Below the pieces are notes generated by a model, which worked only from the letters and a program-made list of their open reading frames with translations, made no database searches and was not told the DNA's origin. From Ylistrum balloti (Eukaryota), in contig NW_026782152.1 of assembly GCF_031769215.1 (NCBI RefSeq), positions 930,001 to 994,000 of the forward strand: a stretch of DNA of 64,000 nt. The letters are read 5' to 3'. How positions within the stretch are numbered: the first letter of the stretch is position 1; each line of letters starts with the position of its first letter. A program made the translations under genes and the position numbers. Positions 10,856-22,936 of this stretch are shown here, piece after piece.

Positions 10856-13800
10856 CTTCTGCCAGTAGTCGATACCAAATCTCATGTACCATATGTCACA
10901 GTCCCGATAATCAAACCGATGTACCACCGTCACTTTATTTTCTTTGGATTTGAGAGTAGTATCGGTGTCGCACAGTTGTCCTGGCTTCCAGCAGATAATA
11001 CAATTCTCACATGACTGAAAATATATAAAACAGTTACAGAAAACAGTTTCAATTAGAAAACAAAACAGCCAATGTTTATTAGTCCAAGGGAGATAATCGA
11101 CTTAAAATTTCAAGCTGTCAACCCCTATGAATTTCTCTTAAGGTTTGTGATTTGAAAGGAGCATTCACACAACCTATATGATGCCCAGTCTGTTGCTACC
11201 TTACCTTAGACAAAACAAATCTTCCGAGCCATCGTACACAATCCACGTAATTTCTATGGACATCTCGTGTAGAAAAATCAGGAAAATGCTGGAAAACTGT
11301 ATTAAATTTTCTAAAATATAAATATGAATAAAACTGTGATCAATCAGGTCTCTGCCATAGAATGGTGGTTCTAGCTTTGTTGAAATGGTTGCAAAGTATT
11401 ATATTTGGCACATGATTATGGTGATTACATACAAAAAAAACCTTTCATGAAGGGGATATTTCAACTAAGTGTGGAATGTATATGGTGCCAAACCAAACCT
11501 ATATCTTAAACAATCTTGCTGGATACTCTGAAACCATTCCATTGAAACACATAGGTATTTGACGGTACCATATCAGAGGACTGCAGGTTTGTCTCATGTG
11601 AACCAAAAGGAGAGGTTCTTATGCAAGTTTCATTTCACATAAGATAATAAAACAAGTCTTAGAACTTTTCAGTTTAAAGAGCCTTTGGCAAGTTAAATTG
11701 AAATATTTGACAAGTTTCATAAATCTTACATGAAATGGTAAGAAATGCAAGATTCCATTTATCACATAGCAGCCAATAGTAGCTCTGCCAGGTAATACTA
11801 CATTTGTGCAAATAACAAAAAATATGTTATTACACTGATAACAAGGTAGCTATGTGATTAAAGAAATTTAATTCAAAGTTCAAACAATTCTTTTCCTCAA
11901 GCAATCACCATTTATTGAAGTTTTCGGTCTGTAGAGACCTCCGGAAGGACAGATGTAATGTTAGACAGAATCTTGTCAGAAACAGAAGAATTCTGTAGGT
12001 GATCCAGACAGAATCTTGTCAGAAACATTTAATTGGTAATTAAAAGATCCAAGTCTAAGACATATACAGACATATCAAAATAAACGTTTTACAAATATTT
12101 TCAAATCTTAGAAGAATTCTGTAGGTGATCCATAAAGAACTATTAGACTTACGTTTTTCCTTGGACAAAGTTGTAAGATTCCTTGAGAGCAGTTTGGATG
12201 GATTCATGGTCAGTCTTCCACATCTTTAATGAATGGTCCATTCCACAAGACACAATAATGGAACCGTCCATGTTGAAGTCCTGTGAAGTACATTTAATTG
12301 GTAATTAAAAGATCCAAGTCTAAGACATATACACACACATCAAAATAAACAATATCAAAGATCACAGACGTATCTTGTTTAAAAATATTTTCTAATTCTA
12401 ACACAAATCATTAGGCCATAAACTCAGCTGTCATTATGATCCACTGTCACAATCTAATTTGAAATTTAATATTAAATCATTTTCAATGCAAACCCTGAGA
12501 AAATTAACACAATTAATTTCCAATTTCTCACAATCATTACAAGGGTATATGTCATATGGAATGATCTTAAGCATGAAAAAATAATATTATTGATAAAAAT
12601 GATAATTAAATCAGAATCATATGTCAGGGATGTCCATCTACTTACAGCACTAAGTACTTCATCTCTATGTCCATCTACTTACAGCACTAAGTACTTCATC
12701 TCTATGTCCATCTACTTACAGCACTAAGTACTTCATCTCTATGTCCATCTACTTACAGCACTAAGTACTTCATCTCTATGTCCATCTACTTACAGCACTA
12801 AGTACTTCATCTCTATGTCCATCTACTTACAGCACTAAGTACTTCCTATGTCCATCTACTTACAGCACTAAGTACTTCATCTCTATGTCCATCTACTTAC
12901 AGCACTAAGTACTTCGTATGTCCATCTACTTACAGCACTAAGTACTTCATCTCTATGTCCATCTACTTACAGCACTAAGTACTTCATCTCTATGTCCATC
13001 TACTTACAGCACTAAGTACTTCCTATGTCCATCTACTTACAGCACTAAGTACTTCATCTCTATGTCCAGCTACTTACAGCACTAAGTACTTCATCTCTAT
13101 GTCCATCTACTTACAGCACTAAGTACTTCATCTCTATGTCCATCTACTTACAGCATTAAGTACTTCATCTCTATGTCCATCTACTTACAGCACTAAGTAC
13201 TTCATCTCTATGTCCATCTACTTACAGCACTAAGTACTTCATCTCTATGTCCATGTACTTACAGCACTAAGTACTTCATCTCTATGTCCATCTACTCACA
13301 GCACTAAGTAGTTCATCTCTATGTCCATCTACTTACAGCACTGAGTACTTCATCTCTATGTCCATCTACTCACAGCACTAAGTACTTCATCTCTATGTCC
13401 ATCTACTCACAGCACTAAGTAGTTCATCTCTATGTCCATCTACTTACAGCACTAAGTACTTCATCTCTATGTCCATCTACTTACAGCACTAAGTACTTCC
13501 TATGTCCATCTACTTACAGCACTAAGTACTTCCTATGTCCATCTACTTACAGCACTAAGTACTTCATCTCTATGTCCATCTACTTACAGCACTAAGTACT
13601 TCATCTCTATGTCCATCTACTTACAGCACTAAGTACTTCATCTCTATGTCCATCTACTTACAGCACTAAGTACTTCATCTCTATGTCCATGTACTTACAG
13701 CACTAAGTACTTCATCTCTATGTCCATCTACTTACAGCACTAAGTACTTCATCTCTATGTCCATCTACTTACAGCACTAAGTACTTCATCTCTATGTCCA

Positions 13801-16800
13801 TCTACTTACAGCACTAAGTACTTCATCTCTATGTCCATCTACTCCCCCAAATATCACCACATTGACATCCGTCTTCAGGTTCCAAATCCGTAATGTATGA
13901 TCTGAAGTAAAGTTAAAGCATTAATGGTAAACTCCTGATGGGTAGCTCTCAAAATTACCACCTGATGTAGATTCACACCTGTCTGTACTGTCAGAAAGGT
14001 AGACACTATAGGCAGTTGTCCTTTATATCATACCACCACGAAAAACTGTTTTTCTTTTTTTAAATTCACTTTTATATCTTAAAGAAAAAATCTGTGCATA
14101 ATTAAAATTGTACAAAATAAAAATGCATTTTCTTTATTTTAAGGTGGATGTAACACACCTTGATGAGGTCTGAGATTTGAAGTTAAATTCAAATGCTAGG
14201 GAAAGGCTTTTTAGGGATTCAAAGAGACAATTAACAGTTACTGTCCTTTTGTCTTTTATATAGTAAGCACAAAGCATGATGAACAAAGTGAGACAAAAAG
14301 ACTATTGAAAAAACTAGCACGGGGAGTTAAGTCACAAACACAATGAACTGTTGTTATAGACTAACCTTTTGATACAGACATCAGCATATTGGGGTCCCTG
14401 GGGTGAACTTTGAGCTCATTGATGGCATTTCCATGACCTTTGTAATACTATAATAAAAACAATCACAATTTATTTTCATTTCGTATCCATTTCAAAAAAA
14501 TATTTTTCATATTCAATCACATCAACTAACACTTTTGATAAAAACAATATGTTTCTCTTGTACTAGTAATATTTCAAACCAAAAAAATGGCTGACAGCTC
14601 TGAAGCATTTAACAGTGACAAAAGAATAAAAAAATTGAAGAAACAATGCTTCAGAAATTTAAATTTTACAGTTGTGCCAGTTCCTCTGGCATAAAGATGA
14701 CAATAGTGCAGACCATCTTTTAAGAGAAAAATATTTTCAATGATCTGTCTTTTTCATTAACTTGGCATATCCTCTTGAGCCTCCTTGGCAAAAGATTCTG
14801 TATAGTGATACTGAAAGAATAATCTTTTCAATGATTTTTCAATAATTGTGCTCTTCCCCCATCAGGGCACTGGTGGGTCAGTGTATCTTCCATTCATTTA
14901 AACTTCTTGCTTTTTTGTGGCCAGGTGATCTAGCTGAATATCATATATAAATCTCAGCTCCTTCCACAAAATATTCAATGCTGTCATGTTACCAAACTAT
15001 CACACCAGTAAATTCAGTTTTCCCTACCTAAACCCATGTATGATTTTGTTAGAATGTCTACATACCTTGATACATGACATTGTAACAGGACTGATGATAC
15101 GGATGATTCCTTTGAGACCCGCTGCTGCTAGAAGTGGCTGTCCTGTAGTCGACTCAAATGTCCAGGTACAGCAGTAGAAATTTTCCTCACTGTCCACACA
15201 CTTACTATGTTAAAGAAGACAACTTGCTATCCTATGTGCATGTACAAATGAAACATCTAGAAATGTTCCTCTTTCATCACAGGGTTTTAGCTTTTTAAAT
15301 ATAAGAGGCTGTTCTCTCAAGTTGAGTCTTAATTTGGCTTTATCTCCCCTTGATTTGAAACTTTGGAATCAGATATATTCAGTTCAAGAAATCAAAATTT
15401 TCAGTTGCTTCTATTTTTTCTATATGAATTCCAGATTCTAGTTACAGGGTTGCCTCTACAATACATAGGTGCTTGTTTAAGATTCTGATGCATAGCTAAA
15501 ATATATAATTATCACAACGACCAAATATTACAAAGCTTCAAGGTATTAGGATATATAAGAAATCAGCTGTGTATGGTAAATTCAAGTCATTAAAGTAAAT
15601 CTCAAAACACACAGACAATTACTCTGATAGTCAAAAAAAGATTTGCTGAAGTGACAAACTAGCTGGGGAAGGGGAGAAAAAGGATACAGGAGGGTCCATG
15701 TAGGCTTGTAGTAAGTTGATCTTTCCTCCCTCTAAACACTCGTACAATGTTACCTGTTTACACACAGCAAATATTTGGGCAACATTACTCAAACATTAAT
15801 CAATTGTAAACATGTACCTAGCAAACAACTATAGACATTTACAGGTGTTTTATTTCAAAAGGTGTAGTGATTTAATAACTTAACGAGATCTGAAATAAGT
15901 ACGAAACAATTAATACAATGTATTTGGTATAACATTTATACAAGGCAACCACTTAGAGATATGTGAAGCTGAAGTTTTCTGCATACAGGGAGTTTGGCTA
16001 ATTCTGTATCCCATCGTCAACTTCTGGGGTATTATTAGTAAACTTTAGAAACATAATTTTTATACTGCAGTGTAGAAATAGTTTAATAATATTCCTACTT
16101 CACTAGTTTTTGTTCGGTTTTGAAAGATGGGTAAAAGTTTGTTTACAACATTAAATACACTGAAACTACAGAATTTCTTGGTGACAATAGCAATTATTGA
16201 TATAAGTCACTTACCCTGTTTGATCCAACTGTTGCAAAAAGTATTGGGTCTCCTTCCTTCGTAAACTGGTTAATATGAAGTCCAAACAGAGGTTGTCCAT
16301 GGTCTTCCTGAAATTTTTTGCAAACCATTGTAAATATCAAATCATTTAAGTATCTTGGTTATCATTTCATACTTGTAACATGAAAACTAACTTAAAGCAT
16401 TTTGGTCTAAATTTGAAATGAGAAATTGTATATGACAAAAAATTAATATTGTCTTTGATATCAACATAAAACACACTGGTTATAAGGAATAATTTTGAGT
16501 GTAACCTTTTTGGATAAAGCATTTTGGTCTAAATTTGAAATGAGAAATTGTATATGACAAAAAATTAATATTGTCTTTGATATCAACATATTATGTAACA
16601 CACTGGTTATAAGGAATGATGCAGAATATAATTTTGAGTGTAACCTTTTTGAATAAAGCATTTTGGTCTAAATTTGAAATGAGAAATTGTATATGACAAA
16701 AAATTAATATTGTCTTTAATATCAACATATTATGTAACACACTGGTTATAAGGAATGATGCAGAATCTAATTTTGAGTGTAACCTTTTTGGATTAGAACT

Positions 16801-19036
16801 GTGAAGATTCAACCACAAAAATATAGAAAAATAGAAGATAATTACATGTTAATGTGCAAAAGTAATTGATACATAAGAATGTACGATACAGCAAGTCCAT
16901 GGATGGTAACTAATGCATCTATCAAAAACATTTACAAAACTTCAAGCCTCAGAAAAGCAGGGTTTTCCATAATTTTGTTAGTAGTAGGCTGTGTAGTGAA
17001 AGTAGGAGGCTGGCCTGCTGTGTATGTGTAGTTGTGTACAGAACATTATTACGGAACTGGATTGGTGTAGGCGGCCAAATGATCAAAGTAGTCGGTCAAA
17101 TTGGCCGGCGACCGGCTTTTATGGAAAACCCTGGAAAAGGACATTAAATGTTGAGACAAAGCTACCTCTACCCCTCAGAACAGTTATTTTCTTAATTACT
17201 TTTAAGCTGCACTAAAAAAGATTTTTTAAATTTGGAAAAGTTAAGGAGATTCTTGCATTGATAAACTTTTTGTTTAAAAATTGGGAATCTCAATCATAAA
17301 GAAAGAGATTTGGCAGCATTTATGTTTAATACAAACTAATTTTGCTTTTACCTTGATAAAATTTGTACATTTATATTGAAGTTTACATCGCTTATTTTTA
17401 TTTTTCCCACGTCCAAATCGTCGCTGTGTTGGAGGAGTTTCACTACGGATGGAGGAGTCTTCCATAATGGTACTGGCTGTACTGGAGATATCATCCTGTA
17501 GGAAATAAAACAGGTTCCTGAATGAAAACAACATGTATAGGTACCAACAATATTAACTGACATCAGTTAATGATTTGTAGACCCCACCTTGCAGTACACC
17601 AAAGATGAGTTCATATGTACTAGGTATGGGGCTATATGTTAATTTTACATGTGAAATATTGATATATTACATTAATACCCATGTAGATAATAATCAATGC
17701 ACATCACATTTTATTCAAGCGACTATTCATAGAATATTAATCAACAGTCGACACTTAATACAATGTACAAGTACTTCATACTCATAAAGATCTGTTCTCA
17801 AAATACCCATATTGCACAACCTACCCAGTGAACTTCAATAATAACCATCAAGAAACCTCCATATTTTATTAACACAATCTTATAAGGAAAAACAACACAA
17901 GTAACAGAGGGGGACCATTTCCTTAGTTTTGCGGGCAACTTTGTTGCATCAAATTCTAGAGCACAAGAAAGGATTTTATTCTCAGGGCTGAGAGAGTATG
18001 TTAGATTTGTATTATATCTTTTAAAATGAGATAATAACTTAGATGCATTTTGTATTTGAACTGTTGAATGATGTGTAACAACAATCATTTTGCTAAAATG
18101 AGACAAAAGATACCTTAGGTTTTCATACTGTACAATTTAGATGCCAAAGATCCCTGTATTTATTTCACACAGCAGTCAATTCCACAGAGCGAGGTCCACC
18201 AAAAATATTTTATGCCAGCATTACCTTAAAACTGGCCTTATCATTAAATTCTATTTGTAAAAATAATTAGCAAATCCAATTGATATATTTTTCTCTCTTT
18301 TTTTCCATTGAATTTTAAGATATGACAGGATTTTGATATTGTGGTATGGCACCATTTCAATATTTCTTTATCATATTGTTCTTTTGCCTTTTAAATGTAC
18401 TCAATAATCAGCATGGTGCAGTCCGGGCCTAGACCGAGAAATATCTGACTCTAACATTATAATTTAATGTCAATATTCACATTTATTATGCTGTTATTGA
18501 TATTTACATTTTAATGACTATGCTCATTTTAGAAACACTTGCTACATTTTATATATTCACGCAGGTCTTTGAAATATTGAGAAATTTGTATATCATAAAA
18601 GATATGGGTACTTTAAATGTACTATAGAAAGGCAGTTCTTTTTCTACAGTGATTCGTAATTTGAAGCCAGAATTTCAAACACTAATCATTTGTATTACGA
18701 AGTCTAATCGGTACATCGCGAATAAGAAACGCGGGTCATTTTGGGTACTGTTCCGATTTTGGTCCTGTGACGTTACATCAGTAATCCGATTAGCGGAATA
18801 TTATTTTTTAAAATCACAACAAAAGAATATATATAACAGATCAATACGAATCAACTGCCGGCAATCACTGCCATTCAGAGAACACGTGTGATATAATTAT
18901 GATACATATATGCAGTATACTGTTTCTTCTTATATACCTGTTCGTCACCGGAGACATCTGTATACGTAGGAACTACCAATCGCGAACGTTTCTCTCTCTG
19001 TAAAACAGGCATGTCTACATTAGTGTCCGCAGACAT
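10856..19036 (-). CDS. EED: Polycomb protein EED/esc (PRC2 WD40 subunit), exons 1-10; C-terminal exons not found in window
   Basis: Exons: 19036-18938 (MSAD..DVSGDEQ), 17495-17352 (DDISS..CTNFIK), 16307-16215 ([16 protein letters not shown]), 15753-15688 (VTLYEC..YMDPP), 15191-15066 ([14 protein letters not shown]), 14447-14366 ([22 protein letters not shown]), 13901-13810 ([17 protein letters not shown]), 12280-12153 ([21 protein letters not shown]..), 11310-11205 (..[22 protein letters not shown]), 11014-10856 ([23 protein letters not shown]). These join in frame and closely match the vertebrate EED sequence as I recall it. All junctions are GT-AG except intron 4. Confidence 0.96.
12630..13843. 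repeat. 37-bp minisatellite (~33 copies, five 33-bp variants) made of the EED exon 7 3' end plus splice donor
   Basis: Unit ATGTCCATCTACTTACAGCACTAAGTACTTCATCTCT. On the minus strand it reads AGATGGACATAGAGATGAAGTACTTAGTGCT|GTAAGT, i.e. codons [10 protein letters not shown] followed by a consensus donor. Confidence 0.95.
15192..15687 (-). other. Candidate U12-type (minor spliceosome) intron of EED with GT...AC termini
   Basis: Donor GTATCCTTT matches the U12 consensus RTATCCTTT. A branch-like TTCTTTAAC lies ~17 nt upstream of the 3' end. Only the AC acceptor (or a more distal AG that deletes 2 codons) keeps the frame; the two nearest AGs put TAA or TGA in frame. Confidence 0.65.
16394..16793. 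repeat. Three tandem copies of a 122-139-bp unit in EED intron 2
   Basis: AAAGCATTTTGGTCTAAATTTGAAATGAG recurs at 16394, 16516 and 16655. Confidence 0.9.
16958..17133. mobile_element. 176-bp MITE, hAT-like termini, 6-bp target-site duplication
   Basis: Perfect 15-bp TIR CAGGGTTTTCCATAA. Direct repeat GAAAAG at 16952-16957 and 17134-17139. Confidence 0.85.
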
Positions 19037-19058
19037 CTTGTCTTCTCTTTGTTTTGAT

Positions 19059-19096
19059 CACGTGCTAGTCATGTGACATTACTTTTATGGCGGGAA
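19059..19096. promoter_or_regulatory. Candidate EED proximal promoter motifs (E-box, CLEAR-like palindrome, E2F-like site)
   Basis: CACGTG at 19059-19064, GTCATGTGAC at 19068-19077 and GGCGGGAA at 19089-19096, all within 60 bp upstream of the EED ATG in a CpG-containing patch. Confidence 0.3.
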
Positions 19097-20122
19097 CATG
19101 ATAGCTTCAGACCTTATGTTCGACACTCAGCTTTGACGAAAATTAATAACTAAATAAAAAATTAATAAAGATGGGATGTACTATTGTTTTTAAACAATTC
19201 ACTTCTTCACTTATTATTGTCGAATCAAAAGGGAAAATAATAACGACGATATAGTGATAATAAATATATTTTGTCTTGAAACACATATTTAATGATAATA
19301 ATTCATACAGAAGATATGTATAATGTAACCTGGTTAATTCACATCGGAGTGTATCTTAGAGAAAATCACTTACACTCAGACATGTATGAGAGGTGTCGGG
19401 GAATTGTTTTTCACCCCTATTTACGAGTAGTGGATCTGGGCAGTGTCCTGGTAGAGGCATTTGAAAGCGAAGTCCTTCCCCATCCTGGAACTAATGGTTT
19501 TTAGGGAATTAACATGCACAATACGACTGGTCTTTGAATGGGAAACAAGTTTAATGATGTTATTGTACATGACCGTTTCTAGCTATTTGGCTGTTGTCAC
19601 TATTGTACAATGTACATGCAGGTAAAGTTATTTATTTTGGATTTGTGGATATCAAATGTTATAGGAGAATAAACACATTTTTTACAACATTCATATGCTT
19701 CATTTCAAAAGTACAAATTGAAATATTTACTGACGACCCAAGTTTTTAAAAAAGAAAACATAGAAACAATGCATTTAAGGCTCTGTAAATTAAATTCACG
19801 AATTCGTTCTCAAATAATCTGTTTTGAAATGTCTAAATATAACTAGATATGATAAAACGTTACCAGTGGGTTGGCGCATAGCTAGAATAGTGGCTTGCGC
19901 ATCATAATCAAATACCCATAACTCCATCTGTTGTCAATCAAAGACGTCACAATTAGCTGACGTCATTTTCATTGTATCACAGCGATTTCTCCACACAAGG
20001 CAGTGGACTGACAAACTGATAAGTTGGCAAGTTGTATTTCCCTATCTTACTAAATGTAATTTATGCAAATTACTTATAAAACACACATATATCTCGGTAT
20101 TAGATATGGGTGAATGAAAATA

Positions 20123-20124
<2 letters not shown>

Positions 20125-20171
<47 letters not shown>
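20125..20171. repeat. (AG)n microsatellite followed by a G run
   Basis: About 19 AG units, then about 10 G. Confidence 0.9.
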
Positions 20172-21327
20172 AGAGAGATTCAATTATGTGCTGAAAGCTG
20201 CATATTGTCTCATCAATGCTATGCGGTGAACATTTTTTGGAACTGGTACGATTTGCCATTCATTAATGCTTTATTAGTAAACAATACGGAAATTAAGGGC
20301 TAAGACCTATGGCTCAAGTCAGATCTTCTTAGACAGACACACCAACAATAAATCTACAAATTGAGAAATCGATATATTCTCTTTTGATAGAACATTTATG
20401 AACGTTCCACGGAGACATCTCAATTCGATGGTATTTTAAAGTCTAATGGAAGTTTTTCTGGTGATTGATAATTTGTTCTCCCATGCTTTCCAATAAATGT
20501 TATGCGCCATAATACTGTGAGTCAAAATTGATGACGTAATCCATTGTGATATGGTTACGCTACAAAAGGTAATGACGTAGGGCTTTTGTGAGTAGCGAAG
20601 TTTTATGATCAAAACGCATGTGCTCACTAGCTACTTTAATAACTCGCCTAATTATTACATGCATTTTTTTAGACTGGTTCATGTCAAAATAAGATCCATA
20701 TAGTTATAAAAAGATAATAGGAATTTCTCTGATTGCTATTACCTGGCATTTATCGGAAACAATTTGTAAATCCTGAGTCCCTCTATTTCAGATTTTTGGT
20801 TATACGATCTGGTTATATTGAATTTACGTCATGACTCAGCGACGTCACATTGTAGTAGATCCACAGGTTTGTTGTCTTTGCGATCAATATGAAATTATTA
20901 CATCATATACTAAAATTTTCTTGTGTTGTAAATAGAATTTCGTCATTTGACTACTTGTAATTTGCTCGTAACAAGAAACGGCATTGTGGAATTTGGTGAC
21001 AACTCTTAACACGGAATGGCATTATGAAAGTTGATGATGGTTTTTACCATGGAAATTGCATTGCGATTTATGAAACCACAATTATAAATATATTTTTCCA
21101 GATTTTGACAATAAGAAAAGCCTCAAGGAAAAGTAACATTAAAAAGTGAAAAAAAGGTTGTGTTGAATGATTTATAAGCATTAAGATGAAAGTTTTGCAT
21201 TAATTGTGGAGTCATATTTTGGTAACAGGGATAACATTGATTAAACTACTTTGTAGTATGAGAAAATAGTGTAAATATAATTCTGGCGAATCCATCAATT
21301 GATAATTAGTATGTTTCTTGCTTGTAG

Positions 21328-21828
21328 GACCTTGCAGATGTTGCCAGTCTGAATGGTACAGAAGGGTGCCCAGCACCACTGTTGGGAAGGTGTCTTTTAG
21401 GGTGTTACTACTTTTTCCGTCCGAGTAAGAGACCATTTGTCTACGAGATTGACCCAACATTATTTGTGGAACCCGTTTGGACTAGCACCCGATCGACTGA
21501 CGTTCAAACAGACGACGAAGTGGTAATCGACACATTAGTGGAATCTAGGCCACTGCGACTCATGTCTTCAGTATTCTCCAGCACCCTGGCGCCCTCTATC
21601 AGTCAATCAAGGACTGTCCAACTACCAGGACAGCTACCGGACAAGATGGAATCTCCAGTTCCAGTAACAGCAAGTTTAGAGAAAGGTGTGGATGGAGCAG
21701 AGGAACTAACCGACGTGAGGACAGCCGATGGAGACGGCGACAAACAACAATCGGTTAAAAATACCTCGGATGTGTCCGTATATCGATATGAATGGTTCCG
21801 ATTCATTCTTGGATGGACCACTGTGTAA
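21328..21828 (+). CDS. Putative terminal coding exon of an unidentified gene (S/T/D/E/V-rich, 166 codons)
   Basis: Acceptor TTCTTGCTTGTAG at 21327, then an open frame DLADVASLNGTEGCPAPLLGRCLLGC..GWTTV* with GC higher than the flanks. No recognisable domain and no compatible upstream exon identified. Confidence 0.3.
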   Translation, partial: DLADVASLNGTEGCPAPLLGRCLLGCYYFFRPSKRPFVYEIDPTLFVEPVWTSTRSTDVQTDDEVVIDTLVESRPLRLMSSVFSSTLAPSISQSRTVQLPGQLPDKMESPVPVTASLEKGVDGAEELTDVRTADGDGDKQQSVKNTSDVSVYRYEWFRFILGWTTV

Positions 21829-22223
21829 TTACAACGTTTACGATAATGATGGTAGCTTTTTCAGTACCACAAATTTACTTGCAATTAAAATGGAATGTTT
21901 GAATTTTATCCATGCTTTACCAGCAGGCTACTTTACTGGTAGTCAATAAAGGATTGAAATTGAGAAAAAAGAAAGTTTTTTTTGTCATTGAGGTAGTTGT
22001 TTACATTTAAAATATCGAATAAATCACAAAAGTCACATTCCTTCTCAGAGTAGAGAGTTGGGCATACGACCCATTTTTTATGTTACCTTTATTGAAAAAT
22101 ATCTGAAATAATTAATTTTATTTTAAATATCTTATTTATACATTGTATGATATGACGTCAATAAAATTGCGTAATACTTTTACTGATAACACTTTCAAAT
22201 GCTGAAAGTGAACGATGGATAAG

Positions 22224-22936
22224 CAGTGTTTCAGATTGGGCCCGACCATCGGCCAATGGCCGAAAAAAATGAAAATGGCCGAAAAAAATGAATTTGGGAC
22301 ATATAGGCCCGGAGTATTTCAGGTTTGCAGACTAAATGGCCGATAAATTTTCCATTGAATAAGACATCTGACGATAAATTTCAGCAATTAATCGGTTCGT
22401 CATAATACTCTCATTCAAGGCCTAACGAATACAGTTCGACTGGATTCTGACTATCTATTCTCTGAATGCATGTCGTGGAAGCGCTTCTTAATCTTTCACT
22501 CGTAACACCTCGCCTAGCCCTTCCAACGTAGTTTCTAAAGAAAACAATGAACAGTATTCCGAACGTTTCTATCGCTCAGACACTTTAAATAAAAACAACA
22601 TGGCGCCGAAGAAACGAAAGTACATTGAAGAGGGCCAAAAAACGTTATTTTCTTGCGGTGTTTCTAGACCAACAACGGAACAGGACGAAACAATTATAAT
22701 TGCCAAACAAGAAGAAAACAAGAAAAAACGACAGCCAGAAAATTTCAGCCAAAATGGTTACAACAATTTAAATGGCTGATGTACTCTACTACTGTGACTG
22801 TCTTGTGCATAAAAATAAATGTTTATCGTTTGACTGTGGCCTCAATGTTTTTTGTTCTTTCGGACAAAATGGCCTTAAAAAATTTCAGTCTTTAGGACAT
22901 CTGTCCTAAAGAAAGCTGGGTAAATCTGAATCACTG
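22224..22936 (+). mobile_element. Internally deleted hAT-type DNA transposon (713 bp) with 5-bp target-site duplication
   Basis: 14-bp TIR CAGTGTTTCAGATT / CAGTGATTCAGATT (one mismatch) and ATAAG direct repeat at 22219-22223 and 22937-22941. A residual ORF from ATG 22600 (MAPKKRKYIEEGQKTLF) is followed by frameshifted RKFQPKWLQQFKWLMY, typical of the start of TTF-type zinc fingers in hAT transposases. Confidence 0.8.

Noticed and set aside
12630-13843. CRISPR-like appearance of the 37-bp repeat
   Set aside because: Units are directly adjacent with no unique spacers, the context is eukaryotic, and the unit is explained by EED exon/donor sequence.
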